Below, in pieces: positions 60,517 to 64,000 of a stretch of DNA of 64,000 bases (position 1 is its first letter; the number at the start of each line of letters is the position of its first letter). The notes beneath the pieces were generated by a model. That model searched no databases, was not told the origin of the DNA, and was given only the letters and a program-made list of their open reading frames with translations. Both the position numbers and the translations under genes were made by a program. The stretch covers positions 800,001 through 864,000 of the forward strand of contig JAXHMY010000001.1 in NCBI GenBank assembly GCA_034520965.1, read 5' to 3'. The stretch is from Spirochaetia bacterium. Lineage in GTDB: Bacteria; Spirochaetota; Spirochaetia; DSM-16054; Sediminispirochaetaceae.

Positions 60517-60645
60517 TAACGTCCCGCAAGTACCCGAAGTTGTCCGACCACTTGCTCCGCAAGTGGCTTGCCATAAAATCTGAGATTTTATGGTCGGGCA
60601 ATTTGGGCGGAGGCGCTTGTCGCCGGAGCCGGGTACTCGCTGTTA
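60517..60645 (-). repeat. attC-like site 18, long variant
   Basis: Near-identical to 52350-52479. Confidence 0.88.
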
Positions 60646-60897
60646 TGCGATGAATTGTGAAGCGTCAACAGAACTTTCTTTATAAAGAATTTCGGGATCT
60701 AAATCTGCTCCGTTTGGCCATTCAATTGTATCGAATTTTACTGATACTGCATTAAATATTGAAACATCCCGTAATTCCGAAAAGATACCGAAATCAAGAT
60801 AGGGGGAAACATCAAAATACCGTTTCTCATCATTCTTAAAGATAAGTAACAATTTGTAATCTGAAAGAGGTTTTACATCTTTAACACCCAAATACAT
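60643..60897 (-). CDS. DUF2442 protein (putative antitoxin)
   Basis: VKDVKPL.DYKL.L.F.N.E.R.FD, TIEWPNGADLDPE.LY. Confidence 0.85.
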   Translation of the reverse strand: MYLGVKDVKPLSDYKLLLIFKNDEKRYFDVSPYLDFGIFSELRDVSIFNAVSVKFDTIEWPNGADLDPEILYKESSVDASQFIA

Positions 60898-60907
60898 AAA
60901 ATCCTCC

Positions 60908-61174
60908 TTATTGTAATGGATCAATTTTGTAGGGTGATTCACCATTTTGGGCTAATTGCCAATCAGCAAGTAGTTCATCTTTATGTAATTCTGCCCAAGC
61001 TTCTATAAGCTTTATTTGTCGTTTCGGTAGATTGCCTTCAGTCATTTCGCAAATGTTAATATCAAAGATTCCTTTGAAATCCTGATAATATGCATGGAAG
61101 TGAGGAGGGTTATGCTCCTTCTTTCCCAGCTACATTCTAATGACAATTCCAAAAAACATTGAAATAGTAGGCAT
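60908..61174 (-). pseudogene. DUF4160 protein (putative toxin) with in-frame TAG
   Basis: MPTISMFFGIVIRM*LGKKEHNPPHFHAYY...AWAELHKDELLADW; TAG at 61130-61132. Confidence 0.85.
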
Positions 61175-61232
61175 AGCCTATATTATATCATCTCCTTCCA
61201 TTATAGTCTATTTTGCTTCACAATTTGTCGCA

Positions 61233-61320
61233 TAACGTCCCCGGGGTATAAGACGTTTGCCCGCAGGGCAAATGTGCTAAAGGCCAAAGAGCGGAGCGAC
61301 GCCGCATATACCCCATGTTA
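61233..61320 (-). repeat. attC-like site 19
   Basis: Same subtype as site 4. Confidence 0.85.
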
Positions 61321-61372
61321 GACGATGTCACGAACCTTCTTCAAAGCCAAGCAACATGGATGTTGTTTGGCT

Positions 61373-61702
61373 TTATTCTATTAACATTTCTTGCAGCACA
61401 CTTTTGACGAGTTCAATTTCTTTTTTATTTATTTTCCCAATTTTCTTAATCAATCTTTTCCTATCAACCGTCCTCAATTGATCTAAGACTATCCATCCAT
61501 TTTTTTTTTCAAATTGAAGAGGAACACGTGTTGGATATTTATATGATTTCGTTGTCATCGGGGCTATTATGATTGTCTGGATTGATTCATTCATCTCATT
61601 TGGAGAGATTACCAAGCAGGGGCTTGTCTTTTTTATTTCATGGCCAACAGTTGGATCTAAGTTAATTAAATACACTTCATATTGTTGTATTACCATTCCC
61701 AT
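61373..61702 (-). CDS. mazF: MazF/PemK toxin
   Basis: NLDPTVGHEIKKT.PCLVISP, DQLRTVD..RL. Confidence 0.9.
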   Translation of the reverse strand: MGMVIQQYEVYLINLDPTVGHEIKKTSPCLVISPNEMNESIQTIIIAPMTTKSYKYPTRVPLQFEKKNGWIVLDQLRTVDRKRLIKKIGKINKKEIELVKSVLQEMLIE

Positions 61703-61950
61703 TCAAAATCGTCCTGCTCATTTAGATTGTCCAGAAATAATGAATCATCACCATTCTTGTGCATCTTCATAAACTCTTCGGGCCATCCTTCTCTTGGCTT
61801 TTTCTTTATTGGTCGAATCAGAATTTCCGTATTATGCACTTCCAACTCTACTTTCTCTTCAATGTTTAATTGTTGTAAAATACTCTTTGGAATCCTAATT
61901 CCTTTTGAATTGCCTATAGGAACCACTGAAACTAACATATTACACCTCAA
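61690..61950 (-). CDS. mazE: MazE/AbrB antitoxin
   Basis: IGNSKGIRIPK. Confidence 0.88.
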   Translation of the reverse strand: MRCNMLVSVVPIGNSKGIRIPKSILQQLNIEEKVELEVHNTEILIRPIKKKPREGWPEEFMKMHKNGDDSLFLDNLNEQDDFEWEW

Positions 61951-62044
61951 CTAATGTAATTATATAGTAGTTACGTAATTTCGTCAATCTTTTGCTTGCT
62001 AAGGATTGCAAGCTTCTTCTTTCTCTTAGGTTCGTGATTTCGTC

Positions 62045-62132
62045 TAACGTCCCGCGAGTAGCCGAAGTTGACGACCAACGGGAGCCAATTTGGGCGAAGG
62101 CGCTTGTCGCCGGAGCCGGGTACTCGCTGTTA
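62045..62132 (-). repeat. attC-like site 20
   Basis: TAAC...GTTA main subtype. Confidence 0.88.
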
Positions 62133-62160
62133 TCTGGAGGTTTTGGTGGTTCATTTCAAC

Positions 62161-62433
62161 TTACATAAGCGCTATCTTAATCTTCTTTCCTAAAGCCTTT
62201 GCTACTTTTTCTATTGTTGATAGTTTAATATCTTCCGAATGATTTTCCATCCTCGATATGACACTTTTTGTTGTATTAATCCTATTTGCTAACTCTTCTT
62301 GTGTTAACCCACTTCTTTCTCTTGCTTCTTTTAAGAAAATCCCGATTTTGTAATCCTCATAACCTTCCCAAAACTCTTCACCGGATATTCCTTCATTTCT
62401 TATTCTTTTATCTACGTAATCATTGAGGTCCAT
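62161..62433 (-). CDS. XRE-HTH antitoxin (copy)
   Basis: Near-identical to 51655-51927. Confidence 0.88.
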   Translation of the reverse strand: MDLNDYVDKRIRNEGISGEEFWEGYEDYKIGIFLKEARERSGLTQEELANRINTTKSVISRMENHSEDIKLSTIEKVAKALGKKIKIALM

Positions 62434-62782
62434 GTTTTTTCCTCCTAAAATAGTCTGTCTTATAAGTTTCAGCTTTTTTAATTTCATTTCGAGATGCCTT
62501 TTGTGTTTTCTTAATAATTCCATGTGTTATTACAATCAGATTATTCTTATCCCAAAAACTGAACAACCTGTAAATGTTTGTTCCAACCTTTATTCTTACT
62601 TCCCAAATTCCATCAGTTGATGCCAACTTCTTGAAATAGGTTTTTGGTACAAAATCCATTTCTTCTATTATCTTTAATGTCCATGCAATCTTCTTCACTA
62701 CACCCATCTCAAGGCTATCAAGAAATTCCTCAACAGGACATTTTCCTTTATCAGTTGTGTAGAAGATCACTTCTCTATGCAT
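62420..62782 (-). CDS. Gp49/DUF891 RelE-like toxin (copy)
   Basis: Near-identical to 51914-52276. Confidence 0.88.
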   Translation of the reverse strand: MHREVIFYTTDKGKCPVEEFLDSLEMGVVKKIAWTLKIIEEMDFVPKTYFKKLASTDGIWEVRIKVGTNIYRLFSFWDKNNLIVITHGIIKKTQKASRNEIKKAETYKTDYFRRKKHGPQ

Positions 62783-62855
62783 AAGAGAATGTTAGCATGC
62801 GTGCTAACAATATTCAAGACATTATTTTAAGCTATTTCCTACCAAAACTTTCAGA

Positions 62856-62942
62856 TAACGGGCGCGGCTATATGAAGTTTTTGCGTAACGCAGTAAAGCA
62901 AAAATTTGGGTGTTGCGAAGCGTAACCATATAGCTGCTGTTA
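62856..62942 (-). repeat. attC-like site 21
   Basis: TAAC-gggc-GCGGCTATATG...CATATAGCTGC-t-GTTA. Confidence 0.8.
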
Positions 62943-63014
62943 GCGGCAGTTTTTTCTCTTGACCAATATTTTCACATCTTATTCCAAAAATTGATTTTAT
63001 GCAGATAGATAATT

Positions 63015-64000
63015 CTAATACATAGCTTTTAGAATTTCAGGAATGACCCGATAAGGAACTGCTCCAGCACTTGTTTCATCCACACTACCGCAAAGATACA
63101 GGTCGAGTTGTGGACACCAAAATAGCCAGCAGCCGGTTGAACCAGTGTGCCCGATAACTTCTGGTAACTTCTTCATAGAGGTAAAAATCCTAGGTAGCTG
63201 GAAACGCATCAGTCCCAATCCGTATTCAATAGGCCAACCAGGAGAGCGCAATGAAGCACGGTCTAGAGGTAGCCCAAATCGATTCCAATTATTCTGCATA
63301 ATGTTAAATGTGTCTTTCTTATTAAAAACTTGATTCTGTATTAATTTACGCAAAAAAGCAATCATATCGCGTGTAGTGCTGTAAATGCCTCTAAAAGATT
63401 TCATCAGTTTTGGGATTTGAACAATCTGCCCACCAGCGCGCAGTGGTATTGGCAGCTGAGTTAAGACAAGGGGTTGTGAAAACCCAGGGAAATAGGTGTT
63501 TTTAAGTGACAATGGTTTATAGAGCATGTTTTCGTGAACAATGTGCAATGGCGCATTACAAATCGCTTCAATTAGAGCAATAATGAGGATGTAATTTGTA
63601 TCAGAATAACGCACTTTGATCTTTCGACCTGACGGATTTTGTGGCGGGAAATGCGGTTTTAACTTAATACGGACTATTTCCGCAATGTCTATAAAAGAAA
63701 AAGCCATATCACCTTGTGTCAAGATTTGTTCAACGACGCTTTTACCACCCTTTGGAGAATCTTCTAACCAATCGCCCAGACCAGAGGTGTGCGAAAGGAG
63801 GTGTCGGATTGTAATTTTTTTTGAATAGTCGATTCCCTTGTAAGTGTGCAGTCTATGAAAAAGTTCAGATGGCAAGTAGTCTGAAATAGGGTCGTCCAAA
63901 TTTAACTTGCCCTGCTCACTTAATAACATAATAATGGTAGCGTTAAAAATTTTATCTATACTGGCGATGAAGAAGGGAGAATTAGCATTTACTTGCACAT
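63015..64000 (-). CDS. Serine hydrolase (beta-lactamase class C/PBP-like) cassette, 5' truncated by window
   Basis: ASIDK (SxxK), LLSHTSG, YSDTNY, GHTG. Confidence 0.85.
   Translation of the reverse strand, partial: VQVNANSPFFIASIDKIFNATIIMLLSEQGKLNLDDPISDYLPSELFHRLHTYKGIDYSKKITIRHLLSHTSGLGDWLEDSPKGGKSVVEQILTQGDMAFSFIDIAEIVRIKLKPHFPPQNPSGRKIKVRYSDTNYILIIALIEAICNAPLHIVHENMLYKPLSLKNTYFPGFSQPLVLTQLPIPLRAGGQIVQIPKLMKSFRGIYSTTRDMIAFLRKLIQNQVFNKKDTFNIMQNNWNRFGLPLDRASLRSPGWPIEYGLGLMRFQLPRIFTSMKKLPEVIGHTGSTGCWLFWCPQLDLYLCGSVDETSAGAVPYRVIPEILKAMY

Larger units (their letters stand above)
43233..64000 (-). mobile_element. Integron-like gene-cassette array, continues beyond the window; no integrase in window
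   Basis: 21 palindromic TAAC...GTTA sites separating co-oriented short AT-rich genes; some stop codons lie in the core (vapC, DUF2442). Confidence 0.9.

Noticed and set aside
50559..61132. Stop-codon reassignment (TAG to Tyr, TGA read-through)
   Set aside because: TAG and TGA end many intact genes in this window; the internal stops are confined to DUF4160 genes and one transposase.
43233..62942. Repeats read as a CRISPR array
   Set aside because: Repeats are 75-130 bp, variable, and separated by whole genes; no cas genes.
63015..64000. Calling the last cassette an antibiotic-resistance beta-lactamase
   Set aside because: Motifs support only the broad serine hydrolase/PBP fold.
35100..64000. 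An integron integrase or attI in the window
   Set aside because: No ORF shows tyrosine recombinase motifs; it would have to lie outside the window, if present at all.

Overview
Probably a Spirochaetia chromosome or MAG segment (spirochaete-type parC/parE, 'LFAGGQQE' solute-binding-protein leader; taxonomy is inferred). 1-35 kb is mostly core metabolism: PEP-utiliser-like protein, aminotransferase, two-component genes, rluA, parCE, a hexuronate cluster (uxaC, uxaE, SDR reductase, LarA-family epimerase, gnd, kdgK), a sigma54 two-component system with an ABC transporter, and an orphan DctP. From about 35.8 kb to the window end is an integron-like cassette array with all cassette genes on the minus strand. 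It has 21 TAAC...GTTA attC-like sites (43.2-62.9 kb) separating about 13 toxin-antitoxin modules and several enzyme cassettes; no integrase is in the window. The sites look non-canonical (about 5-nt/1-nt asymmetric spacer, branched interior). The two ends of most cassettes are complementary over 15-26 bp, well beyond the 7-bp R box, with mismatches biased to G.T on the bottom strand. The same rule brackets a 7.5-kb type I R-M locus as a possible giant cassette. An IS110 element inserted in a hicAB Shine-Dalgarno carries a candidate bridge RNA whose two loops match its target and donor junctions. Many single-base frameshifts suggest sequencing or assembly indel errors. All alignments were done by eye.
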